Below are positions 13,101-22,987 of a DNA stretch of 53,403 nucleotides, one piece after another. Position numbers and translations under genes: made by a program. Location: NCBI GenBank assembly GCA_900617105.1, contig UYFQ01000026.1:1-53403 (forward strand), read 5' to 3'. This stretch comes from Hydrurus foetidus (taxonomy: Eukaryota). The notes beneath the pieces were generated by a model. That model saw only the letters and a program-made list of their open reading frames with translations, had not been told where the DNA came from and did no database searches. Position 1 is the stretch's first letter. Each line of letters opens with the position of its first letter.

Positions 13101-13535
13101 AGTATGGGCGTTCCTGAAATCGGCCTCCGACACTCTGAAGTTGTTCCCACCGCGAATCATCGCGATCGCCATCTCGACTGGCGGGTATCCCATACGCGCT
13201 ATCAGCTCCCTGACTGCTGCTGCTGACGCTATCTCACGTTTCGTGAACCTCATCAAATTCTCTCTGACGGTGGCGACTAGCGCTTGCTCGACGGTGTTGC
13301 GATGCGGCTCGAGTTCTGCCATGCCGCTCGCATCGCACACGTAGAATCGTCCAGTTGATCCTGGCAGATCCTGCCTACTGAAGCGGTATGTCGTCCTGCT
13401 GCCCGAAGCACCCCGACGCATGGTGGTACTGGATGTTGGCTCCACTGTCAACCATCGCTGCAAACGATAAGATGTTGGCAGTTGCTCCTCTGCTGTAATA
13501 GACAGGGCCGATCTCGCCGAAGTTACCCTCTTCAT
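10101..13535 (-). CDS. pol: Copia A pol (integrase, reverse transcriptase, RNase H)
   Basis: Integrase LSVDIM..MSDGE..IERRIQMVKER; RT KLKARLVAGG, VVDISGAYLNA, LKKALYG, IHVDDLL; RNase H FVDASYG..KSSTEAEL..YQDNQS..RTRHIQIRY. True frame joins gag-PR via a lesion near 13410. Confidence 0.93.
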   Translation of the reverse strand: MKRVTSARSALSITAEEQLPTSYRLQRWLTVEPTSSTTMRRGASGSRTTYRFSRQDLPGSTGRFYVCDASGMAELEPHRNTVEQALVATVRENLMRFTKREIASAAAVRELIARMGYPPVEMAIAMIRGGNNFRVSEADFRNAHTIWGKCLASMRGKTHKKSSPVADISLTPASAQQQQVLSVDIMYLETTAILIAVSTPLDMTLAVSLIRLDSAKTLRAAAVVQPALNEMISVLKSRNFLVHVIMSDGEEAIGKMRVELMALGIKVDVSAAGGHVARIERRIQMVKERIRAHINGRLPFTPNELCLIYLALFCVSRINCQQSGSRPGGLSPRELFSGRRVDGNLDFRAAFGDYAVCTVSNTDNTMSSRTEDCVVMLPSHNRTGSFKMLSLATGKIVTRNQFKILPMPQSVIMTLNAMAVCEGEIITQTKLHVFDELLFTNSLDKSSLPTFITNPPTQDDRIDKRAVQDPPTLLDLPSADNILEIPPCDVEGGVPAAVDTAAVPEEIEAIGVHGQDVLTPPTPPHEPALPSDIPDDASAPDSEPAAADTAQPVHPAAREQRRVPAPTERMVTRSSHTSEGAFVTDDGSAAASTKSTAASTHDVEEVLKRHKDELSKSNTANISVKEAFRARGDEAKKVIVSELKQMIDKRVWVPVMGGKLSAMQRASTIRSCMFLKQKNNPDGSFIKLKARLVAGGDQQDKSLYEDLSSPTVSTSAVFTLLAIAAHEERRVAVVDISGAYLNADMTLETPVHMRLDRTMTDLIIDIDPKYGKFTDARGGVTVHLKKALYGCVESSGLWYENLHATMLGLGYARNICDKCVFNRTGPDGHQCSVAIHVDDLLITSRSKSSVVHLVDGLRKRYDAITLIHGPAINYLGMAIDMHIPGQAMITTAGYCDEIVRVSGVKGSAKSPATEGLFETREGATAVSEPVRVWFHKVVAMVLYLAKRTKPECLVAVAFLSTRGNKCTADDVEKLQRLVRYIHKTRDSGVVLRPGASGVAVRLFVDASYGVHSDGRSHMGSCVVIGDVGAVHCRSSKQLIVTKSSTEAELVGLSDSANQSIFIRSFLIAQGYKMEPVTIYQDNQSCMALVERGRSRAERTRHIQIRYFWVKERVDTGGVRMEYLRSEDMYANVLIKPLQGSQFRR

Positions 13536-14268
13536 CTACTCTAACTCCCTTAGCTCCGAGCTGGACTCCGTCAAGGAGGATCGAATGCTGCGATTTCCTG
13601 ATGCCTGTCAGGAGGCTCGGATTGCAGAAGATGTTGACGGACGCCTGGTTGTCCAGCAACACATGGCTCCTCGTGAACAGTGCCACTTCGTTCGTCGTGA
13701 CGAACACCGCTTCGAAGCTCTCGTCATCCTCGTCGATCTCGCCTTCTGCGCCTGTGAGCATAGCGTGCTCCCCGACCTTGCGTTCATCGCAGTCTTTCGC
13801 GTAGTGGCCAGTCTTTCCACATACGAAACATGTCACCGTCGAGGCTTTCTTCTTTGCGACAGGAGTCTTGCCTTTCGCGCCTTTTCCTGCGACTTTTTCC
13901 TTTGTTCCAACCGGGGTGTCGGTCAGGAACGCGGAATGTTGCTCGGCGCCAAGGGGGACTCCTCCGCCGGCGTTCGTCCAAGATGACGCAACCCTGTATG
14001 CTCCGGCTAAGGTGGAAGGGTAGCTGTTTGGTATGTTTTGTACGGCGCTGTTACGCATATATGTCAACATACCGGTATACCTTTTCGGGTCTAGCTTACT
14101 GAGGAAGTCGATGGCTCTCATCGGTTCTTCCACCACAGCCATGCCTACACCCTTGTTGGCTAAAACCTGATTGTCGAATCTCGTTTTGAAATCCCCGATT
14201 ATCTCACGCTCACCCTGTGTGAGGTAGTTATACCTCAGTGTCTGTTCGTGGACGTTTACTGCTCTCAT
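13375..14268 (-). CDS. gag: Copia A gag C-terminal part with zinc knuckle and aspartic protease (copy 1)
   Basis: CFVCGKTGHYAKDC knuckle; protease VLLDNQASVNIF..ANILS. Continues in frame from 34712-34880 (HIYGEDD|SMRAVN) once gypsy B is removed. Confidence 0.9.
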   Translation of the reverse strand: MRAVNVHEQTLRYNYLTQGEREIIGDFKTRFDNQVLANKGVGMAVVEEPMRAIDFLSKLDPKRYTGMLTYMRNSAVQNIPNSYPSTLAGAYRVASSWTNAGGGVPLGAEQHSAFLTDTPVGTKEKVAGKGAKGKTPVAKKKASTVTCFVCGKTGHYAKDCDERKVGEHAMLTGAEGEIDEDDESFEAVFVTTNEVALFTRSHVLLDNQASVNIFCNPSLLTGIRKSQHSILLDGVQLGAKGVRVDEEGNFGEIGPVYYSRGATANILSFAAMVDSGANIQYHHASGCFGQQDDIPLQ

Positions 14269-14274
14269 GGAGTC

Positions 14275-14596
14275 TATGCTGGATCACGGCTTCGACGAAC
14301 TGGTCGAAGATGAAACGTTGATTGTCCAGTTGGGCAGATTGGCGCAACTGGAGATCCTGTCAGACGGATTGGACTGAACAAGGGATTTGGCTGACTCAAA
14401 GGAGTCGAAGTCGGTTTTGGTTTGTAGTAACGGTAGTTAATTAGATGTGAAAGGAGTGTGAGATTAGCTACGATGAAGTGTGTCTCGAGTTGAAGTTGTC
14501 GAACAGTCAGAAACCGAAAACTGGTCCGAAAAACTACGAGTGACGTGGATTGTGTATGTACATACGTGTGAGCAATGTGTGGTAACGAATGTAACA
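14275..14596 (-). repeat. Gypsy B 3' LTR (copy 1)
   Basis: Same sequence as 21612-21933 and 34386-34707; preceded by TSD AGTC (14271-14274). Confidence 0.93.
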
Positions 14597-14609
14597 CCAC
14601 CCTCTTCTC
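14597..14609 (-). other. Polypurine tract of gypsy B
   Basis: Minus strand GAGAAGAGGGTGG directly abuts the 3' LTR. Confidence 0.85.
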
Positions 14610-14843
14610 GGGTGAAATGTATTATAGGTGAAAACCGCAAAGCTGGAGGTACGAAATGTTTGTTAGGGTTGCTGTGACGTCATTACTTTTTTTTACTGGA
14701 TGAAAAAAACGGAAAAACAAAAAACTAACTGACAGTTGTGAGTGATAAATACATTGTTCGAATTCACATGAGATGCATAATTTAATAAGCAGCATACACT
14801 GCACACTGCGCAACATACTGCACAACACACTACACAACAGACC

Positions 14844-15482
14844 ATGAAAGACGAATTCAAGAAATCAAAGAATTTGTGCATGGCGGCGGCGATGGTTTTG
14901 CCGTTGTCAGCGCAACAACAGAGGTGGATGAGAGTAGGTGGTGATGCAGGCAACGCGTTCCAGAAGTCACTAGGGAAAGAGAATGATGATGGGCTATTAT
15001 ATGGTGCATCTGCTGAGGACGCTGTAACGTATTTGAAGTATGTTTGTGCGAGTAACAAGAAACGGGGAATTAAATTGAAATATGAGTTCCGGAGAGTTAC
15101 GGGGAGGCATGGGAAGATTCGTAGATGGACTGCACACTCAATTCCGAGTACAATTTTGGAGAAGAAAGGCATTTACGTGATATTTGGAAAATCGAAATGG
15201 GCGAATGCTATTCACGCGGCACTTATGAAGAGGATCAAGAAAGCGAGTTGCGTAGGTGAAGAGCTGGAGATATACAGCAAGGTGGCTCAGGGGATGAGCA
15301 GGAAATATCATGCAATGAGCATTCGTAATGATGAAAATGGTGTGAGACTGTTTGATAATGCATGCACTAACGGTAGCGTTGAGTTTAGTATTGAGAACTT
15401 GGCGGGTAAAATGATTGATTTGACTAACTGTTATTATTTTGATTTGTGTGAGAAGGTGAAGAAAACGAAGATAATTAAATAG
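14844..15482 (+). CDS. Antisense cargo ORF in gypsy B 3' region, 212 aa; candidate papain-fold Cys-His-Asp hydrolase (copy 1)
   Basis: Uninterrupted ORF with ACC-ATG start between the chromodomain stop (15651-15653) and the PPT; motifs NLC12MAAAM, GIYVIFG, YH156AMSI, LFD171N. Confidence 0.7.
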   Translation: MKDEFKKSKNLCMAAAMVLPLSAQQQRWMRVGGDAGNAFQKSLGKENDDGLLYGASAEDAVTYLKYVCASNKKRGIKLKYEFRRVTGRHGKIRRWTAHSIPSTILEKKGIYVIFGKSKWANAIHAALMKRIKKASCVGEELEIYSKVAQGMSRKYHAMSIRNDENGVRLFDNACTNGSVEFSIENLAGKMIDLTNCYYFDLCEKVKKTKIIK

Positions 15483-15650
15483 AGTTTTTATTAGGGGGCG
15501 AACCCACATTTTGAATGCCGTCCTCACATAATAGCTTCAACTATTGCTACAATGAGTGGGAAAAGGAATGTGGGCAAGCCTCAGACGTGTTCACAAAGTC
15601 GGAGAATTCCAGCTTGATTATGATGGAGCGATTTTTTGAAGGTAAGTTTT

Positions 15651-16217
15651 TTATTTGTATTGTGTTGGAATGATATTCGACATGTTGTTGTTGTTGAGGT
15701 AGTCGTGTACAACAGACACTCTCTTCATTTCAGCCCATGGTTCCCATGAATCATGTGCTGAGGAATAGTTGTGCCAACGGATTAGGAACTCGAGCGACGA
15801 TACTTTTTGGGATTGCCACGGTGAGTGATAACCAAATCGACGATATATTCATCATGGTCTATTAGTGCTGCTGTTTCTGCATCGGTTTTTGAACCAATGA
15901 ATGGCGTCACTCTACTTGAGTGAAGTATTGAGATGATGTTTGTAACGACATGTCGGCAGTTGATATCGTTTTTTGATTGTTTTATCACTTCGTATGGTCC
16001 GAGGAGTTTCGGAGAAAGCTTACTGGATCGTAGGGATTGCGGAGTCTCTAATGGATTCCATAGTATGTAATCTCCAGGTTGGTATGTGTTGTGCGAAGTA
16101 GGAGGCGTGTTTAATTGACGTTTACGGCGTAGCGATTCTTGATATAAACTAGTTATTGATCGTACGATTGCTAGGTTGCGATCAAGAGCTGTTACAAGAT
16201 CACAATACGTGTGACCT
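15651..16217 (-). CDS. Gypsy B integrase C-terminus with GPY/F motif and chromodomain (copy 1; one frameshift)
   Basis: KLSPKLLGPYEV; EYIVDLVITHRG then, in a shifted frame, LEFLIRWHNYSSAHDSWEPW..VHDYL..QYK-stop. Confidence 0.88.
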
Positions 16218-16486
16218 TGTGGTCTGACGGCGGGGCCTAGGACGGGAGGCGAAGTTGGAGAAGGCGGAGGACGGAAGGCGTGGGCAAACGAAGGCAAAGT
16301 CGAGAGTCGGTGGAATAGACTTGTGTTAGTATCTTACAGTTGAGTATATACAAGTGATGTGTACGCTAAGTGCATTCACGTCATATGTGGAACTAAGACC
16401 TAAAAGTGGAATCTGAGCGTAATATACCTATTGTACCTAGTTAACCTAGACACATTGTATTCCCTTAGGAATGCAATAAGGCTACA
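16218..16486 (-). repeat. Gypsy C 3' LTR (copy 1)
   Basis: TGTGG..CTACA, 269 bp; matches 23555-23823 and 29015-29283; PPT GGAAGAAGGGGTAG adjacent on the minus strand (16487-16500). Confidence 0.93.
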
Positions 16487-16685
16487 CTACCCCTTCTTCC
16501 TTTTTGAAGATCTTTGAAGATATTTGATTTGATATACAGAAAATATGAGATGAAACGAATGTCATTTATACTGATATAGATGAAACGAAGACCCGTAGGT
16601 TTTACTGACTAAACTCTCCAAAAAAGACCCGTAGGTAAAAAAAATAGGAGAGAATCCTCATGGATAAAGTTTCAAATATATTAAG

Positions 16686-17340
16686 TCATCGATGTTGCTT
16701 ATTGATTAATTTAGTCATGTTATTATGACGTAAATAATCATGAAGTTTATCAACATCACGAAGATTTGAATAAGGTTCCCAAGTGTTTTTGTCTGAAGGG
16801 TAATTTAACCATTTGACTAAAAACTCTATGTGGGTACGTTGGTGTTTGCCACGATGATCAAGAATGTCTTCAACAAAGTATTCCATGTGATCACGTCGTG
16901 CAACATCCAACGGATTTGTGATTGAAGGGTCAAATAGAAAAGGTTTCATTGCAGAAACATGAAACTCTGAAGTTTTCTGAGTGACTAAATCATAAAGTGT
17001 GTAACGCGAATTTTCGCCACTAACGACTTTTAATGGGCCTCTCCAATGCGTGTGAAGACGTGAAGGAGGGGATCCATCGCGATAGTGCACTAAGACATAA
17101 GAGTCTTTTGGATAATCTACATGCTGAAAAACTTGAGACTGACTTTGATGAAGCAAATCTGTGCGAAGAAGTTCTTTAGCAGAAGCTTTAAGAAGACTGT
17201 CTTGCGTTTTGAGTAGATTGCTCATACGCTTTGACAAAGGTTTGTCATCAGTAACATTTCGCTCAGCAGGAGGTAAAAAGATACCTCTATCGAGTTTTAG
17301 TACATTTCCGAAAAGAAGTTGAGAAGATGATATTTTTAAA
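16686..17340 (-). CDS. Gypsy C integrase C-terminus and chromodomain (copy 1, runs into garbled junction)
   Basis: HWRGPLKV..FHVSAMKPF..YFVEDILDHRG..EFLVKWLNY..NTWEPY. Confidence 0.88.
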
Positions 17341-18990
17341 CGATCACTGTGATTAAATTTAAAATTCGTTGCACAAATCCGTGACGTTTTATAATTTCTA
17401 GTGTGACATTATCATGTTAGCACGAAGAGTCTATTTCTTTATTCATGCGCGAACTGTGATATTTAGAGCCTTGGTCGACAATGACGTTTTAATAATAATC
17501 TTAATACGTTCTGAAGTGTGGCATACAGAACGGATGTATATCAAACTTTTTAGCCGAAGTAGCAAGAGATTTTGCTGTTGAAAGTGCTGTAAGATTCTGT
17601 ATGAAACAGTTCAACCATCTTGTGATAATATCGATTTGTTGTACGCCGTATGGGAACGGTCAATCTATGTAAGGCCCAGAGAATTTAGAAATAGCAATAT
17701 GAATGATGATTTAACATATTTGATTCTGACAACACGACAAGTGACTGCCACGGAGAGATTATTGCCAAATATCTTTTTCAAGGAGGAAAGTGCGCTCACC
17801 GAAATCCCCGATCAATTGTGCTACTTTACATGTGGACCTCAGGCATCGATGTGAAACTGTATGAGGAAGTCCATCAATAGAAGCTTGATCTCCTAGTCAG
17901 TTGGGCGTTCTCAGAAATTATCAGGCTGCATTTCCTTGTGTATTATTCATTTTAAATGAACCATATTCCAATAAGCTCACCACATCCGTGATCTCCTTTT
18001 GATTTGAACTTGACCATCATTGGACACAAAATAATATGATCTGCAGGCACAGAAGTTTGAGTTTCGAGAGAACGATGACAACTTTTTGTGCCACCCAACG
18101 ACTGAGCTTTGTTAAGATTCGCCTATCTCTTTCCGAAAAGTACCTCTAGTGGCAGTGTGCTTGGCGGATCACTTTGCACGTCCTGATTTTGAAAGATTTC
18201 ATCACATTCCTGCTCTGAGATCATCTATTGTCCATTATATTCATATCTCATGGTTAAACCTGAGGTAAGTTATAGAGCGTCCATGTCTTGAAGCTAATCG
18301 CCATCCATACCTCTTGAGTTGTCCTTCCACTGGTGGAATACGGAACAGTCTTGTTCGTCTCGTTATCAGCAGTGTCGGTAATTAGGCAACCTACACTTAT
18401 TCGCGTTTAAGGCAGCGTCACTGTTGAAACGACAAACATCGTGAATATTCCGATGTCGGACCCCAATCCCATGCATGGGAAGTATAGATATCATCAACCA
18501 CAGACGTGTCTCTAACGCAGGGTTTAGTCATTCTTCGGTGTCAGCACAAACAAGTCGCGTTGTGAACTTGCGTCTTCGGATCAGAAGTCTATGATCAGGT
18601 CGGTCATAGTGCGATCCAAGCGCATGTGCAACGGTGTCTCTAACGTCATGTCCGCATTCAGGTATCGCCACTGATGTAACTACCGCCATCGGCGCTCACT
18701 ATGTGCAGCGATCGTAGCAGGGTGAACACGGCGCTGGTCACAAGGTAAGTGAGACAGGTGTCATAAAGGCTCTTGTCCTGCTGGTCGCCCCTGTACCAGC
18801 CTGGTTGTGCTTGATGAAGCTTCCGTCTGGGTTGTTCTTTTGCTTCAAAAATATGCAAGATCTGATTGTTGATGCCCTCTGCATCGCTGACAGCTTAACT
18901 ACCATGACCGGCACCCGATACTCGCTTGTCGATCACTCTGCTTCAGCTCCGAGACGATGACTTTCTTGGCTTCGTCACCTCGTGACGTGG
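17341..18990. other. Garbled mosaic junction, probably unpolished or misassembled consensus
   Basis: Indel-riddled patches match 24660-25400, then both 10800-11100 and 3470-3770, then 11240-11650 with rising identity. Confidence 0.75.
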
Positions 18991-19378
18991 AATGCCTCCT
19001 TGACGCTGATGTTCGCCGTATTGCTCTTGCTCAGCTCGTCCTTGTGGCGCTTCAGCACCTCTTCCACATCGTGCGTCGACGCCGCTGTGCTCTTTGTACT
19101 CGCTGCTGCGCTTCCGTCATCCGTTACGAATGCACCCTCGCTCGTGTGTGATGATCGAGTCACCATTCGCTCGGTGGGTGCAGGCACCCTGCGTTGCTCT
19201 CTTGCTGCCGGATGCACTGGTTGTGCCGTGTCCGCTGCCGCTGGTTCGCTGTCTGGTGCGGATGCGTCGTCGGGAATGTCACTCGGAAGTGCCGGTTCGT
19301 GAGGCGGTGTGGGTGGTGTAAGTACGTCTTGTCCGTGCACCCCAATTGCCTCGATTTCCTCTGGTACTGCTGCCGTGT

Positions 19379-20872
19379 CTACTGCCGCTGGTACCCCCCC
19401 CTCCACATCGCAGGGAGGAATCTCGAGAATGTTATCGGCAGATGGTAGGTCGAGGAGGGTTGGTGGATCCTGCACCGATCGTTTGTCGATCCTGTCATCC
19501 TGAGTGGGGGGTTGGTAATGAAGGTTGGCAAGTTAGATTTGTCGAGGCTGTTGGTGAACAGCAGTTCATCAAACACATGCAATTTCGTTTGTGTGATTAT
19601 CTCCCCTTCGCAGACTGCCATGGCGTTCAGGGTCATGATGACTGACTGAGGCATCGGCAGTATCTTGAACTGGTTCCGCGTGACGATCTTGCCAGTAGCG
19701 AGTGATAGCATCTTGAACGAGCCAGTCCTGTTATGAGATGGTAGCATGACAACGCAATCTTCAGTACGCGACGACATTGTGTTGTCAGTGTTAGATACTG
19801 TACAGACGGCGTAATCCCCGAATGCTGCGCGGAAGTCCAGGTTCCCGTCAACCCGCCGTCCTGAGAAGAGTTCCCTCGGAGACAGACCCCCTGGTCTTGA
19901 TCCTGACTGCTGGCAGTTGATACGTGATACGCAGAATAGTGCAAGGTAGATTAGACATAGTTCATTCGGAGTGAATGGCAGTCTACCGTTGATGTGGGCG
20001 CGTATTCGCTCCTTCACCATCTGGATGCGTCGCTCGATTCTCGCCACGTGACCTCCAGCTGCACTGACATCAACCTTGATTCCAAGTGCCATCAGCTCCA
20101 CCCTCATTTTGCCGATAGCCTCTTCCCCGTCCGACATGATGACATGTACCAGGAAATTCCTGGATTTCAGGACCGATATCATCTCATTCAGTGCAGGCTG
20201 TACCACTGCCGCTGCACGTAAGGTTTTTGCACTGTCAAGTCGAATGAGACTCACGGCGAGAGTCATGTCAAGTGGGGTTGATACAGCAATAAGTATTGCA
20301 GTGGTCTCCAAGTACATGATATCTACACTCAGCACTTGTTGCTGTTGAGCTGACGCAGGTGTCAGGGAAATGTCCGCGACGGGCGATGATTTCTTGTGCG
20401 TCTTCCCACGCATGCTGGCGAGACACTTCCCCCAGATAGTATGGGCGTTCCTGAAATCGGCCTCCGACACTCTGAAGTTGTTCCCACCGCGAATCATCGC
20501 GATCGCCATCTCGACTGGCGGGTATCCCATACGCGCTATCAGCTCCCTGACTGCTGCTGCTGACGCTATCTCACGTTTCGTGAACCTCATCAAATTCTCT
20601 CTGACGGTGGCGACTAGCGCTTGCTCGACGGTGTTGCGATGCGGCTCGAGTTCTGCCATGCCGCTCGCATCGCACACGTAGAATCGTCCAGTTGATCCTG
20701 GCAGATCCTGCCTACTGAAGCGGTATGTCGTCCTGCTGCCCGAAGCACCCCGACGCATGGTGGTACTGGATGTTGGCTCCACTGTCAACCATCGCTGCAA
20801 ACGATAAGATGTTGGCAGTTGCTCCTCTGCTGTAATAGACAGGGCCGATCTCGCCGAAGTTACCCTCTTCAT
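19379..20872 (-). CDS. pol: Copia A integrase (duplicate copy, frameshifted at a G run ~19505)
   Basis: Near-identical to the N-terminal part of 10101-13535. Confidence 0.85.
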   Translation of the reverse strand: MKRVTSARSALSITAEEQLPTSYRLQRWLTVEPTSSTTMRRGASGSRTTYRFSRQDLPGSTGRFYVCDASGMAELEPHRNTVEQALVATVRENLMRFTKREIASAAAVRELIARMGYPPVEMAIAMIRGGNNFRVSEADFRNAHTIWGKCLASMRGKTHKKSSPVADISLTPASAQQQQVLSVDIMYLETTAILIAVSTPLDMTLAVSLIRLDSAKTLRAAAVVQPALNEMISVLKSRNFLVHVIMSDGEEAIGKMRVELMALGIKVDVSAAGGHVARIERRIQMVKERIRAHINGRLPFTPNELCLIYLALFCVSRINCQQSGSRPGGLSPRELFSGRRVDGNLDFRAAFGDYAVCTVSNTDNTMSSRTEDCVVMLPSHNRTGSFKMLSLATGKIVTRNQFKILPMPQSVIMTLNAMAVCEGEIITQTKLHVFDELLFTNSLDKSNLPTFITNPPLRMTGSTNDRCRIHQPSSTYHLPITFSRFLPAMWRGGYQRQ

Positions 20873-21605
20873 CTACTCTAACTCCCTTAGCTCCGAGCTG
20901 GACTCCGTCAAGGAGGATCGAATGCTGCGATTTCCTGATGCCTGTCAGGAGGCTCGGATTGCAGAAGATGTTGACGGACGCCTGGTTGTCCAGCAACACA
21001 TGGCTCCTCGTGAACAGTGCCACTTCGTTCGTCGTGACGAACACCGCTTCGAAGCTCTCGTCATCCTCGTCGATCTCGCCTTCTGCGCCTGTGAGCATAG
21101 CGTGCTCCCCGACCTTGCGTTCATCGCAGTCTTTCGCGTAGTGGCCAGTCTTTCCACATACGAAGCATGTCACCGTCGAGGCTTTCTTCTTTGCGACAGG
21201 AGTCTTGCCTTTCGCGCCTTTTCCTGCGACTTTTTCCTTTGTTCCAACCGGGGTGTCGGTCAGGAACGCGGAATGTTGCTCGGCGCCAAGGGGGACTCCT
21301 CCGCCGGCGTTCGTCCAAGATGACGCAACCCTGTATGCTCCGGCTAAGGTGGAAGGGTAGCTGTTTGGTATGTTTTGTACGGCGCTGTTACGCATATATG
21401 TCAACATACCGGTATACCTTTTCGGGTCTAGCTTACTGAGGAAGTCGATGGCTCTCATCGGTTCTTCCACCACAGCCATGCCTACACCCTTGTTGGCTAA
21501 AACCTGATTGTCGAATCTCGTTTTGAAATCCCCGATTATCTCACGCTCACCCTGTGTGAGGTAGTTATACCTCAGTGTCTGTTCGTGGACGTTTACTGCT
21601 CTCAT
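20712..21605 (-). CDS. gag: Copia A gag C-terminal part and protease (copy 2)
   Basis: Same protein as 13375-14268. Confidence 0.88.
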   Translation of the reverse strand: MRAVNVHEQTLRYNYLTQGEREIIGDFKTRFDNQVLANKGVGMAVVEEPMRAIDFLSKLDPKRYTGMLTYMRNSAVQNIPNSYPSTLAGAYRVASSWTNAGGGVPLGAEQHSAFLTDTPVGTKEKVAGKGAKGKTPVAKKKASTVTCFVCGKTGHYAKDCDERKVGEHAMLTGAEGEIDEDDESFEAVFVTTNEVALFTRSHVLLDNQASVNIFCNPSLLTGIRKSQHSILLDGVQLGAKGVRVDEEGNFGEIGPVYYSRGATANILSFAAMVDSGANIQYHHASGCFGQQDDIPLQ

Positions 21606-22180
21606 GGAGTCTATGCTGGATCACGGCTTCGACGAACTGGTCGAAGATGAAACGTTGATTGTCCAGTTGGGCAGATTGGCGCAACTGGAGATCCTGTCAG
21701 ACGGATTGGACTGAACAAGGGATTTGGCTGACTCAAAGGAGTCGAAGTCGGTTTTGGTTTGTAGTAACGGTAGTTAATTAGATGTGAAAGGAGTGTGAGA
21801 TTAGCTACGATGAAGTGTGTCTCGAGTTGAAGTTGTCGAACAGTCAGAAACCGAAAACTGGTCCGAAAAACTACGAGTGACGTGGATTGTGTATGTACAT
21901 ACGTGTGAGCAATGTGTGGTAACGAATGTAACACCACCCTCTTCTCGGGTGAAATGTATTATAGGTGAAAACCGCAAAGCTGGAGGTACGAAATGTTTGT
22001 TAGGGTTGCTGTGACGTCATTACTTTTTTTTACTGGATGAAAAAAACGGAAAAACAAAAAACTAACTGACAGTTGTGAGTGATAAATACATTGTTCGAAT
22101 TCACATGAGATGCATAATTTAATAAGCAGCATACACTGCACACTGCGCAACATACTGCACAACACACTACACAACAGACC

Positions 22181-22819
22181 ATGAAAGACGAATTCAAGAA
22201 ATCAAAGAATTTGTGCATGGCGGCGGCGATGGTTTTGCCGTTGTCAGCGCAACAACAGAGGTGGATGAGAGTAGGTGGTGATGCAGGCAACGCGTTCAAG
22301 AAGTCACTAGGGAAAGAGAAAGATGATGGGCTATTATATGGTGCATCTGCTGAGGACGCTGTAACGTATTTGAAGTATGTTTGTGCGAGTAACAAGAAAC
22401 GGGGAATTAAATTGAAATATGAGTTCCGGAGAGTTACGGGGAGGCATGGGAAGATTCGTAGATGGACTGCACACTCAATTCCGAGTACAATTTTGGAGAA
22501 GAAAGGCATTTACGTGATATTTGGAAAATCGAAATGGGCGAATGCTATTCACGCGGCACTTATGAAGAGGATCAAGAAAGCGAGTTGCGTAGGTGAAGAG
22601 CTGGAGATATACAGCAAGGTGGCTCAGGGGATGAGCAGGAAATATCATGCAATGAGCATTCGTAATGATGAAAATGGTGTGAGACTGTTTGATAATGCAT
22701 GCACTAACGGTAGCGTTGAGTTTAGTATTGAGAACTTGGCGGGTAAAATGATTGATTTGACTAACTGTTATTATTTTGATTTGTGTGAGAAGGTGAAGAA
22801 AACGAAGATAATTAAATAG
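22181..22819 (+). CDS. Antisense cargo ORF in gypsy B (copy 2), 212 aa
   Basis: Same as 14844-15482 except Q40K and N47K. Confidence 0.7.
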   Translation: MKDEFKKSKNLCMAAAMVLPLSAQQQRWMRVGGDAGNAFKKSLGKEKDDGLLYGASAEDAVTYLKYVCASNKKRGIKLKYEFRRVTGRHGKIRRWTAHSIPSTILEKKGIYVIFGKSKWANAIHAALMKRIKKASCVGEELEIYSKVAQGMSRKYHAMSIRNDENGVRLFDNACTNGSVEFSIENLAGKMIDLTNCYYFDLCEKVKKTKIIK

Positions 22820-22987
22820 AGTTTTTATTAGGGGGCGAACCCACATTTTGAATGCCGTCCTCACATAATAGCTTCAACTATTGCTACAATGAGTGGGAAA
22901 AGGAATGTGGGCAAGCCTCAGACGTGTTCACAAAGTCGGAGAATTTCAGCTTGATTATGATGGAGCGATTTTTTGAAGGTAAGTTTT

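Noticed and set aside
10366..14102. Many plus-strand ORFs of 60-176 aa over copia A
   Set aside because: Antisense shadows of a GC-rich pol frame.
14274..14600. 108-aa ORF (and copies at 21611 and 34385) as a gene
   Set aside because: It coincides with the gypsy B LTR and has no protein-like motif; likely an incidental frame.
14693..15172. Minus-strand 159-aa Cys-rich ORF as an env-like gene
   Set aside because: It is the shadow of the plus-strand cargo ORF, and its Cys run comes from the CA-rich repeat.
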